DNA from: Dendrobates tinctorius
Lineage: Eukaryota
Length of the DNA: 64,000 nt
Reading direction: 5' to 3'
Assembly: GCF_039654945.1 (NCBI RefSeq)
Contig: NW_027361738.1
Coordinates: forward strand, 82,398,001-82,462,000
Shown here: piece after piece, positions 27,151-37,649 of the stretch
Layout of the letters: each line of letters begins with the position of its first letter
Numbering within the stretch: position 1 is the first letter of the stretch
Made by a program: the position numbers and the translations under genes
Notes under the pieces: model-generated
The model's input: only the letters and a program-made list of their open reading frames with translations
Told to the model about the DNA's origin: nothing
Databases searched by the model: none

Positions 27151-27424
27151 GTGCGGGTCACTCGGGGTTCATACAGTGTGTGTTTCTCTTGCCTACTGTA
27201 TCTGACGAAGTTGGAAATAACAGTTCTGCATACATAGAATGGGATGGCGCCCGCAATAGACGTTTAATGGAACTACTATTTATGCAATTCCCCAGTGTAC
27301 GGATGTAAACAATCCCATAATATCTATGTAAGGAATAGCCATTAAGCAATAGTAAACAATCCCCCATCGTGCATATTACCGGAGCGTCTGCTGCGTGGGC
27401 TACATGCCAGGGAACATCACGGGC

Positions 27425-27665
27425 GGCGTCATCTTCTCTTATGTCGCTGGGTCCATACGACAATGACAGTAAGAACTAAAGCACCTCTGTGGGCTCGAGG
27501 ACCTGTGGTGGCATCACGAGCATGTGACCAATCACATGAGCAGACGGACAGGAAACCTAAAGCTACAGAGATGACGTGACGATCATGTGATCAGTCACTC
27601 TGCAGTGGAGGGAGGCGGATGGCTGGAGAGTGGCCCCTAGTGGAGAATTTAAAAAATGTTTGTAG
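27425..27665 (-). promoter_or_regulatory. Putative promoter/first non-coding exon region of gene A (paralogous to 49535-49780)
   Basis: Block conserved upstream of both ZNF genes, with CCAAT, E-box-like, CRE-like (TGACGTGA) and CTCF-like (CCACTAGGGGCCAC on minus) motifs. Function is inferred. Confidence 0.5.
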
Positions 27666-28755
27666 AGATTAGAGAAACCTACTAGTGATGAGCGAACGAG
27701 CTCGGGTGTTATCAGAGCAAGATCGGTGCGGAGTGTCTTCGGCGTGCTCGAATAATATGTTTTTGTTTGAGTCACACACTACATGTAGGGATTACCTAAC
27801 CGCCGTGAGACATAAAGCCATTCACATGTTTCTTAATATGTAAATTAACTTAGATCTAAACAGCTAATTTACATATCAAGAAACATGTGGATTACTCTGG
27901 AACAAAACATCGGAACGCAGATATTAAGGTATCATTTTATTCAACTTTCTATGACCTACATGCCCATAAAGACGGCTTAGAAGGGTGGATTCCCTTTAAG
28001 TCACCAAGTTTCTCTGGAAAGTGATCTAAGTGACTGCAGATAATGGACATTAACACTCATGTTGCAGCCGAGCATGGTGAAATGAAGGAGCACATCCTCT
28101 ACTGACTGTGTGAGGTTGTCTGCAAAACAAGAAGAAATGAAGAGCAGGCACGTAACTTGATTTCATTCATTGATGCTATGAAATGTGGATCATTTTTCCA
28201 TTCTGTCAGTCTGTGAAAATCTGATCCCGCTCGGATGGCATCAGAGCGAGGTCTGATTTTTTTCCATGGACTCACTGACTTGCATGGTTGAGTGCAATCC
28301 GAATATCATATACAAATCGTAAATAATGCCATTATTTTTTCCTCAGACCAGCTCTGTCCGAGGAAACAAATTCGGCCATGTGCATGGCCTCATAGAATAA
28401 CATTGGTCCGAGTGCGATCAGTTTTGTCGGTTCACACTCAGACAGAAAATACAGTTGTCTGCATGAGCCCTTACAGTAATAATATCACCCTCATTCATAG
28501 TAGGGACTCTCTGATCCACTATTGTGCCATCACAGCCTCCCACATTGTATGATGTCCTCCAAGATTCCCACACAATATAATGCACCCACAGCCTACACAG
28601 TATGATGGCTCATAAGTTCCCCACCCAATATGATGAGAGCCATAGCCTTACACTCTCTATGAGGCTCCTATAGCCCCGCCAACTCAGCATTCTTCTCCCC
28701 CCCCCACAGTATAATGACCCCCAACTAAATATGATGCACCGATAGCCCTACAGTA

Positions 28756-30324
28756 CAGTCATGGCCAAAAGTTTTGAGAATGACACAAATATTATATTTT
28801 CACATGATCTGCTGCCCTCTGGTTTTTATGTGTGTTTGTCAGATGTTTTTATCACATACAGAAATATAATTGCAATCATATTATGAGTAACGAAAGGTTA
28901 TATTGACAGTTAGAATGAGTGCAGTGAATGCAGCAAGTCAATATTTGCAGTGTTGACCCTTCTTCTTCAGGACCTCAGCAATTCTCCCTGGCATGCTCTC
29001 AATCAACTTCTGGATCAAATCCTGACTGACAGCAGTCCATTCTTGAAAAATTAATGCTTTTATTTTGTCTGAATTTGAAGGTTTTTGTTTGTCCACCCGT
29101 CTCTTGATGATTGACCACAAGTTCTCAATGGGATTAAGATCTGGGGAGTTTCCAGGCCATGGTCCCAAAATCTCTATGTTTTGTTCCGTGAGCCATTTAG
29201 TTATCACCTTTGCTTTATGGCAAGGTGCTCCATCATGTTGAAAAAGGCATTGTTGATCGCCAAACTGCTCTTGGACGGTTGGGAGAAGTTGCACTTGGAG
29301 GACATTCTGGTACCATTCTTTATTCATGGCTGTGTTTTTAGGCAAGACTGAGAGAGAGCCCATTCCCTTGGCTGAGAAGCCACCCCACACATGAATGGTT
29401 TCAGGATGCTTGACAGTTGGCATGAGACAAGACTGGTGGTAGCGCTCACCTGGTCTTCTCCAAATAAGCCATTTTCCAGATGTCCCAAACAATCGAAAAG
29501 GGGATTCATCAGAGAAAATGACTTTACCCCAGTCCTCAGCAGTCCACTCCCTGTACCTCTTGCAGAATATCAGTCTGTCCATGATGTTTTTCCTGGAGAT
29601 AAGTGGCTTCTTTGCTGCCCTCCTTGAGAGCAGGCCTTGCTCCAAGAGTCTCCGCCTCACAGTGCGTGCAGATGCACTCACACCTGCCTGCTGCCATTCC
29701 TGAGCAAGCTCTGCACTGCTGGTAGCCCGATCCCGCAGCTGAAACACTTTTAAGAGACGGTCCTGGCGCTTGCTGGTCTTTCTTGGGAGCCCTGGAGCCT
29801 TTTTGGCAACAAGGGAACCTCTCTCCTTGAAGTTCTTGATGATGCGATAGATTGTTGACTGAGGTGCAATCTTTCTAGCTGCGATACTCTTCCCTGTTAG
29901 GCCATTTTTGTGCAGTGCAATGATGACTGCACGTGTTTCTTTAGAGATAACCATGGTTAACAGAGAAACAATGATGCCAAGCACCAGCCTCCTTTTAAAG
30001 TGTCCAGTGGCGTCATTAATACTTAATCATGACAGATTGATCTCCAGCCCTGTCCTCATCAACACCCAGACCTGTGTTAATGGAGCAATCACTGAAACGA
30101 TGTTAGCTGGTCCTTTTAAGGCAGGGCTGCAATGATGTTGAAATGTGTTTTGGGGGATAAAGTTCATTTTCTAGGCAAATATTGACTTTGCAAGTAATTG
30201 CTGTTAAGCTAATCACTCTTTATAACATTCTGGAGTATATGCAAATTGCCATTAGAAAAAATGAAGCAGTAGACTTTGTAAAAATTAATATTTGTGTCAT
30301 TCTCAAAACTTTTGGCCATGACTG
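28756..30324 (-). mobile_element. Full-length Tc1/mariner element of DD35E (Traveler-type) family, 1569 bp
   Basis: Perfect 39-bp TIRs CAGTCATGGCCAAAAGTTTTGAGAATGACACAAATATTA, TA duplication, intact transposase ORF. Confidence 0.96.
28938..29954 (-). CDS. Intact Tc1-like transposase, 338 aa from MVISKE, DD35E triad
   Basis: Paired-like HTH region and GRPR-like motif (GLPRKTS). Catalytic FSDES, QHDGAPCH and SPDLNPIENLW, with 35 residues between the second D and the E. No stops or frameshifts. Confidence 0.93.
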   Translation of the reverse strand: MVISKETRAVIIALHKNGLTGKSIAARKIAPQSTIYRIIKNFKERGSLVAKKAPGLPRKTSKRQDRLLKVFQLRDRATSSAELAQEWQQAGVSASARTVRRRLLEQGLLSRRAAKKPLISRKNIMDRLIFCKRYREWTAEDWGKVIFSDESPFRLFGTSGKWLIWRRPGERYHQSCLMPTVKHPETIHVWGGFSAKGMGSLSVLPKNTAMNKEWYQNVLQVQLLPTVQEQFGDQQCLFQHDGAPCHKAKVITKWLTEQNIEILGPWPGNSPDLNPIENLWSIIKRRVDKQKPSNSDKIKALIFQEWTAVSQDLIQKLIESMPGRIAEVLKKKGQHCKY

Positions 30325-30519
30325 TACACACAATATGTCGACACTCACAGCCCTCCACACTAGAGTTGAGCGAATCGGGTAGAAAAATTTCAAAAGTCGC
30401 CGACTTTTGGCAAAGTCGGGTTTCATGAAATGAAACCCGACCCTAGGATGAGGTCGGCCACGAGGTCGGCGACTTACGCGCCAAAGTCGCGTTTCAAAAG
30501 TTTGTTTTGCGCTCTTTTT

Positions 30520-30670
30520 CAGCCAATCAGGATCCACGGACACTGTGGGCAACGTGATGACATAGGCAGGGGTCACCACCATCTTTCAGAAGGGCATGCA
30601 AGTGATTGGCTTGCTTTGGTGGGCGTCACAGGGGTTATAAAAGGGCGTGCACGCCGACCGCCATCTTACT
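30520..30670 (+). promoter_or_regulatory. Putative Pol II promoter of the hAT transposase
   Basis: AGCCAATCAG (~30521), reverse CCAAT TGATTGG (~30603), TATAAAA (~30636), then CCGCCATCTT (YY1/initiator-like, ~30658). Confidence 0.5.
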
Positions 30671-31724
30671 TCTGCCGATTTTAGCATAGGGAGAGGTTGC
30701 TGCTGCTGATTCTGTAGGGAGAGCGTTAGGCAGGGAAGAAGAAAAAAAACTGCTTCTGCTGCTAGCGATTTTGCCTGTACAACACACCAGTCACTGTGTG
30801 TGCAGTGCAAGGGGAGGCTATATTGTGGTGGATCAGCGGTGTTGGTTGTTAGGCTGCCTTCTAAGGCTTCCTGACAGCTGCATTGCTGTTTACTCACTGC
30901 TCTGCAAACTGCTTTTTTAAAAGCAATCCCAATTTTTTTTTTGTCCTGCTGAGGTACTGAGCGTGCATTTTTTCACACCATACAGCGGTGTACGCTCCTC
31001 ACACAGTACCGTGTAACGGCTGTTATCACAGCTACAGTGAAGCTATCTGTGTGTCACTCTGTGAGAATAAGTCGAGGACATGTTCCGTTCTTACAGACCT
31101 GCACCTACTAGTTTTGTCTAACTTTCAAACAGTTAAATATATTTGCTGTTTGATCACATTCAAAACTATAGAGACAGCGTGTGTCAGTCCGTATACTTAA
31201 AAAACACGGAGCTTGACAATTTTACGTACACCGGACAGCCGTGTACGTGCACGCTCCTCTCAGTACCGTGTAACGGCTGTTATCACGGCCACAGTGAAGC
31301 TGTGTGTCACTGTGGAAGGATAAGTGGAGGACTTGTTCCGTTCTTACAGACCTACACTCTATGGAGATTCCTATTCTGCCCAATTCTACATACACCTTGT
31401 AGTTTGTGATACACTAGTCAATTTCTGCCTGTGACATAGCGCTCTGATATTCAGTGGGCCTCACACAATCCAAAAGTGTCCAGTGTCCACTAGTGTGTGC
31501 AGAAATTCAAAATCTCTGTGATCCTGTAGTCACTTTTTTCACACCTGTGCCATCGAGCCTGTGACATAGCGCTCTGATATTCAGTGGGCCTCACACAATC
31601 CATAAGTGTCCAGTGTCCACAAGTGTGTGCGGAAATTCAAAATCTCCCCTGTCCTATAGACACCTTGTACCTTGTTTTACATTACTATATAGTTTGTTGG
31701 ATTTTATCTACATTTCTACAAAAA

Positions 31725-34700
31725 ATGAGGAAGGCTGGTGGAAGAGGCCGTGGAATTGGGTGGGGGTTGGCAGCTGGTGATGGTGTTGGTGGTGGATCTG
31801 ATGGTAGTGGCAAGAGCAAAATAGGACCGAATGCAGGAGGTGTTGAGCCTGCGTCATCGTCTGGCTCCATAAGGCTTCGAAGGCTTAGTTTTCTAGGAGT
31901 TGGCAAACCGCTTTTAAAGCCAGAGCATCAGGAAAAAGTTTTGTCTTACATTGCTGACTCAGCCTCCAGCTCTATCGCCTCCTCTTCTGAAGTTGTAAAA
32001 AGTAAAAGCACTGAGTCGTCATTGGAGGCTCATGTTCATGAACCACACCTTTCCTTGTGTCCTTCACCCCAACCAAGATTGAAGGATGACGCAGGCCATA
32101 CTACTGATTACTCCATGGAGCTGTTTTCACATACCATGCCTGGATTATCAAGTGAAATTGTGAATTACCCAGGCCAAGATGAATCTGACATGGAGTGCAC
32201 TGATGCACAGCCGCTGATGGATGATTCTGCTGGTACATTCACTCAGAGCACTACATTGTCCTCGCAGTGTACAGAGCCAGATTCTGACCCTGATGAGACT
32301 CAGGTGCCCCTTCCCGCACACTATACCACCATACACGGTGACACAGAGGAAGGTGCACATGACATTGAAGAGGAGGTGATGGATGACCCAGTTGTTGACC
32401 CAGATTGGCATCCATTGGGGGAAGAGGGTGCTGCTTCCAATAGCTCAGATGAGGAGGAGGAGCATCCACAGCAGACATCGACATTGCAACAGCTGTTATC
32501 TGTCAGGTCCGGAGCACTCCAAAGACAGGTTCCAAAAATCAAAAGAGTTGCTGGACAGCTTGTCCAGACGGTCAAAAGATCACAGCGTGCTAGGCCACAA
32601 AATGTCTTCCAAAGTAGGAAGAGTGCAGTGTGGCACTTTTTTGAACAAAATCCTCATGATCAGGCAAAGGGTATCTGTAAGAAGTGCGCAAAGACCTTTA
32701 GCCGAGGGAAAAATCTGAAAAATTTGAATACCAGTTGCATGCTTAGACATTTAACCACCATGCACTTGCAAGCGTGGACACAACACCAAACCTCAAGTAC
32801 CACATGTGCAACTGATCACAAAGAAGGTAGTCAGCAACGCTACATTGTTTCCCCCACTGTAAGCCCACTGGTTAGCACAGCAGCAAATGTTGAGGTATCG
32901 TTGCAAGGCCACAGCAGTCAGGGAATCCCACTGTTATATCAACGAAATACTGAATCTAGGCCATCAGAAAGAACACCAACTCCATCACCATCATCAACCC
33001 TCTCTCAGTCCACCCTGTCCACCGCTACTTCCACCATATGCAGCTCTCAAGTCCAGCTCACCCTCCCAGACACTATGAGTAGGTCAAGAAAGTACTCAGT
33101 CTCTCATCCGCGTACACTGGGTTTGAACGCCCACATTGCCAAGCGCAGCTTTCCGCAAACTCATGGCCTATGCAGTACCACGCTATGACCTACCCAGTCG
33201 CCACTTCTTCTCTCGCAAAGCCATCCCAGCCCTCCACCATCATGTGAAAGACCGCATTGTCCATGCACTCAAGCAGTGAGTGGAAAGGTGCACCTCACAA
33301 CTGATGCATGGTCCAGTCGGCATGGCCAGGGCCGTTACGTGTCCATCACTGCGCACTGGGTTAATGTGGTGGATGCAGGGTCCACAGGGGACAGCAGTGG
33401 TGGGACAGTGCTGCCTAGCCCACGGTATAGGAAACAGTTGGCTGTAGGCGTTCGACCCTCCTCCTCCTCCTCCAGAAGCGAAAGCTCGTCCACAGAGCGC
33501 AGTCGTACGAGCACTCCATCTGCAGCTGCCACTGTTGCACACGAGGTGTCCCCCTATCGAGCAGCTAGTGGAAAGCGTCAGCAGGCTGTGTTGCAGATGA
33601 TGTGTTTGGGCGACAGACACACCGCCGAGGTGCTGGCCGAGTACTTGAAGAGACAAACTGAGTCATGGCTGGGCAGTGTACATCTTGAGGCAGGCAAGGT
33701 AGTTAGTGATAACGGCCGTAATTTTGTGGCAGCCATAGCCCTTTCAAAACTCAGCCACATTCCTTGCTTGGCTCACACCTTGAACCTGGTGGTGCAGAGC
33801 TTCCTCAAAAATTATCCGGAGTTAACAGCCCTGCTCCAGAAGGTGCGAAGACTGTGCGCGCACATCCGCCGGTCGCCTGTACACTCCTTTCGTATGCAGA
33901 AGCTGCAGCGATTGCTCCACCTTCCCAACCACCGCCTCATTATCGACATTGCAACAAGGTGGAACTCCACCCTGCACATGGTGGAGCGGCTGTGCGAGCA
34001 GAGGCAGGCCATAATGCATTTGTGGGAGGATACACGGCCAGGCACTTTGAGAGCAGACATGGAGTTGACAGGTGTGCAGTGGTCGAAGCTGAAAGACCTC
34101 TGTAAAGTCCTTCAGTGTTTTGAGGAATGCACACGGCTGGTAAGCACAGACGACGCCATCCTAAGCATGAGCATCCCACTTATGCGTCTGCTCATGCAAA
34201 CTTTGACGCAGCTTAAGGAGCAGGCGTCTGCAGCCAATGTTGATGAGGAGGGAATCCTTGATGACATTCAGCCATTGTCTGCTCAGGGACCTCTCCTGGA
34301 CGAGGTGGAGGAAGAAGAGGAGGAGGAGGATGATGATGGGGATGATTACTTAGGGGAGGAGGACGCATCTCGTGGGGCAAGTGAAAATGTTGGCGTGGCA
34401 AGGTCTGGTACAGGGTTTGTGCGTGACTGGAGGGATGTGGATTTGCCAGAAAGTGCTCCTCTAACCAGCACTCGCAGTGCATCATTGACACCGGGAACAT
34501 TGGCCCACATGTCAGATTATGCCTTGCAGATCCTAAAAAGGGACCCCCGCATTGCCAAAATGATGAACGATGACTACTACTGGTTGGCCAGCATCCTGGA
34601 TCCACGCTATAAAGGCAAATTACAAAACATCATGCCACAGGAGAACCTTGACCTAATATTGGCTAATAAACAAGCAACTCTGGTAAATCGGTTGCTTGAG

Positions 34701-35210
34701 GCATTCCCAGCACACAGCAGCGGTGATGGTTCTCACACGAGCCGTACGGGCCGGGGGCAGCTTGGCAGAGGTGTTCATGGTGCACACAGCAGAAGTGGCG
34801 TTGGAGACAGGGGTTTCATGACAATGTTGTGGACTGATTTTTCAAGTACCGCTCACACAACTGGTAATACTGCATCGATGGAAAGTGACAGGAGACAGCA
34901 GTTGTCAACTATGGTTACAAACTACTTTTCCTCCCATATCGATGTTCTCCCACACAGGTCATTCTCCTTTGACTATTGGGCCGCTAAACTGGACACCTGG
35001 CCTGAATTGGCACAATATGCCTTACAGGAGCTCGCTTGCCCAGCTGCAAGTGTGCTATCGGAAAGAGTCTTCAGTGCAGCTGGATCAATCCTGACAGAAA
35101 AAAGGACCAGTCTGTCAACCCAAAATGTGGATGATCTAACCTTCATTAAAATGAACCATGCATGGGTTTCCAAGGATTTTGTCCCACCTTCCCCTGATGA
35201 CACAGGGTGA
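31725..35210 (+). pseudogene. hAT transposase (ZBED-like) disrupted by two frameshifting deletions (~33144, ~33275)
   Basis: BED finger SAVWHFF..CKKC..NTSCMLRHL..H. Catalytic motifs TTDAWS, SDNGRN, CLAH, TRWNST and SVLSERVFS, plus the dimerisation domain. The bridging frame AAFRKLMAYAVPRYDLPSRHFFSRKAIPALH lies between the two listed ORFs. Confidence 0.9.
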
Positions 35211-35878
35211 CAGAAAAATGGCTTGCTTTGGTCCACCTCTTCCTGGGACTTGACCTATTTCGCCTTTTGCATCAGCTGAATGTCCAACATCAACATATGC
35301 CACTTTCTAAAACTCCCTAACTGTGCTGCCTCCCCCACCCATGGCCGCGGTCACCACCTAGCGCACAACACCGTGCGAGTGCCGTTGCCCTGGACAGGTG
35401 GGTAGGCCGACTCTTGGGCGCGGGCACTGGCACAGGGTCCCTCATAGAGCAATCAAGTGTCTCTGACGGTGGTGGTGCACACCCGCCGTCAGATACACCG
35501 CCGTACTATGAGGGGCCCAGTGCCAGTACCGACGCCCACGAGTGGGCCCCCCGTGCTTGGGCAGGGCCCCAGCATTTGCAATCTTTACCTCTCCCTGCTC
35601 CTCCGCTGTGTAGTCTGGGCCGTCAAATCCATACTGTGCCTGACACCGTCTGAGCCTGCCTCCTGATGTATAGACATATATTTTGAATGTGTACGCTATC
35701 CATACATGTTATCCGGGGATACGGTACCCTTTCTCACCTTTGTGCAATCACGTGTAATCCATACTGGGCGTCAGAACGGCTGGCGAGCTGTTAAGCAAGC
35801 TACAGCACCTGTGGTTTGCACACGTAAGTTTTTCATTTTTTCAGGAATGACGGTTAGGCCTAATTCCGGAACTGCGGT

Positions 35879-36350
35879 TGACCTGCACTTACTGCGAAAT
35901 CATCGTTCGCGGGTAATAATTGTAATCAGTGATTCCCATCACTAACGTTGTTCAGCGGGTTATCTGCACCTGTAAGCGACAAACGCTGGCCTTTTCAGTG
36001 TAGCGCACATGCAGCCACGGACATGTAAGGGCATGACACACCAGTTATTGGCCAATCTCATGTGCCAGAGCCTCACGTGTCCCTCTAGTAAGCCGGACTC
36101 GGACCGCGGGGCATGACGGAGTCTCGTTCGTTAACGGAATTAAGCTTGCAATGTGTACATCTTTTCTGTAGCTGGCATGGTTGAGGTTTCCCAGGTGGAG
36201 TCGAATTTAACCGTAGGCTCCACTTCTGGTGGTGCCCTTCTGGACATTCCTTTAAGGTTCAGCTTTGCAACCATACTGCCCACGTAAAACAAACACTTTG
36301 CCTTCATGAATGCTGTTTGGAGGGTCATGACTCGTGGGAATAACGCCGCC
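35879..36350 (-). pseudogene. Diverged 18S rRNA-derived fragment (3'-half region) inside the hAT element
   Basis: The minus strand reads, in canonical 18S order: GGCGGCGTTATTCCCA; AGTATGGTTGCAAAGCTGAACCTTAAAGGAAT..GAAGGGCACCACCAGAAGTGGAGCCT; TTAATTCCGTTAACGAACGAGACTC; ATGCCCTTACATGTCCGTGGCTGCATGTGCGCTACACTGA; AGTAAGTGCAGGTCA. Compared with 18S from memory. Confidence 0.88.
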
Positions 36351-37649
36351 CAATCAGTTAACCTGCTAGAGAGATCCTTCTTTGCTCCCAAGCATGACAT
36401 CACACTCCCTAGGAGGAAGGTAATGCCACTGTGGCGACCGTACTCCTGGGGGCGACACAAGTGCACTGATGCCCAGCCACTGCTCGATGAATCTGCTGGT
36501 ACATTGACCCAGACCACTGCATTCCCCTCGCACGCTACACGGCCTGAATCTGACCCTGATGAAACTCAGGTTACCCTTCCCATATACAGTTCCATCTTAC
36601 ACGGTGACAAAGAGGAAGCTGCAGATGAAAGTGCAGGTTCGGCCCACCCGCCATCAGACACACCACCGTACTATCAGGGGCCCTGTGCCAGTGCCGTCGC
36701 CAACAAGTGGGCCCCCCCTGCTTGCTCAGGATCACAGCACTTGCAAGGTTGAAATACTGTGCAGTGAGATGGAAGATGGGGACGACGAGGAGTCCAGACT
36801 AGTACAGGGACTCCCTAGCGAGGAGACTTATTTGATTGTTTTCAATGTTGGGACAGCAATTTTTGGGGAGCACTATACTCTGGAGAATGATAGATGGGGC
36901 CCACCATACACTGGAATATTCCAAAGATGGACATCAGACACTGGAGCAGCATTTACAGGGCCCATTATACACTAGAGCATTAGAAATGGGGCCCATTATG
37001 TTTGGAGCATTATTTGGGCCCATAAGACAGTGGAGCTTCATCCATGGGGACCAACATATACTGTAGCATTATGTGGAGCTCATCATATACTGTTTCAAAC
37101 ATTATATGGGACCAATGATTCTGTATGGAGAAATAGATGGGCCTCGTCATGAGATGTAAAAAGTGAAGTATTTTTCATTGTACTATACCGCTATTTCTCT
37201 GCCGTATCGGAGCATGATGAGTTGTGGTATGTGTTAAAGGGGCGCTCTTTCGCCCAGGGCACATGAAAACTTGGAGCCAGCCCTACCCCCCCACAACTTT
37301 AGCCAAATAACCCCCATTTTTCAGTGCGTAACTTGTATTATGAAGTTAATTAAGGTTGACAAGCTTAAGTAAGAAGAATTGATGCTTTTGGCATTCAAAT
37401 GGGCACTGTAGGTGTGTTTCCTGTCCTCCTCTCACTGCCGACTTTTATTCCCCATTGACTTACATTGGGTTTCGTGTTTCGGGACGACCCCGACTTTTCC
37501 CTATAATCGGCCGATCTTGCTCGACCCGACTTTTGGAAAAGTCGGGTTTCACGAAACGAAACTCGACCCTAAAAAACCAAAAGTCGCTCAACTCTACTCC
37601 ACACTGTATGATGATCCTAGAGCTCCAACCCCAACACACACAGTATTAC

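Larger units (their letters stand above)
30361..37596 (+). mobile_element. Full-length hAT (Ac-like, BED-finger) DNA transposon, 7236 bp
   Basis: Perfect 13-bp TIR TAGAGTTGAGCGA / TCGCTCAACTCTA. 8-bp TSD CTCCACAC (30353-30360, 37597-37604). Subterminal AAAGTCG/CCCGAC repeats at both ends. Internal transposase. Confidence 0.96.

Noticed and set aside
21685-27308. ORFs of 400-1250 aa rich in Cys and Gly
   Set aside because: They are translations of a stop-poor 30-bp minisatellite, open in all three frames, and are not genes.
31584-35210. Domesticated ZBED host gene, or a two-gene system
   Set aside because: It is flanked by TIRs and a TSD; the two ORFs are one transposase split by frameshifting deletions.
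35680-35878. Possible additional LSU rRNA-derived piece upstream of the 18S fragment
   Set aside because: Only a faint resemblance (AAGCTAC..CTGTGG); cannot be supported without a covariance-model search.
35879-36350. Functional rRNA gene or rDNA unit
   Set aside because: Partial, with internal deletions and mutated universal motifs; no ITS, 5.8S or 28S context.
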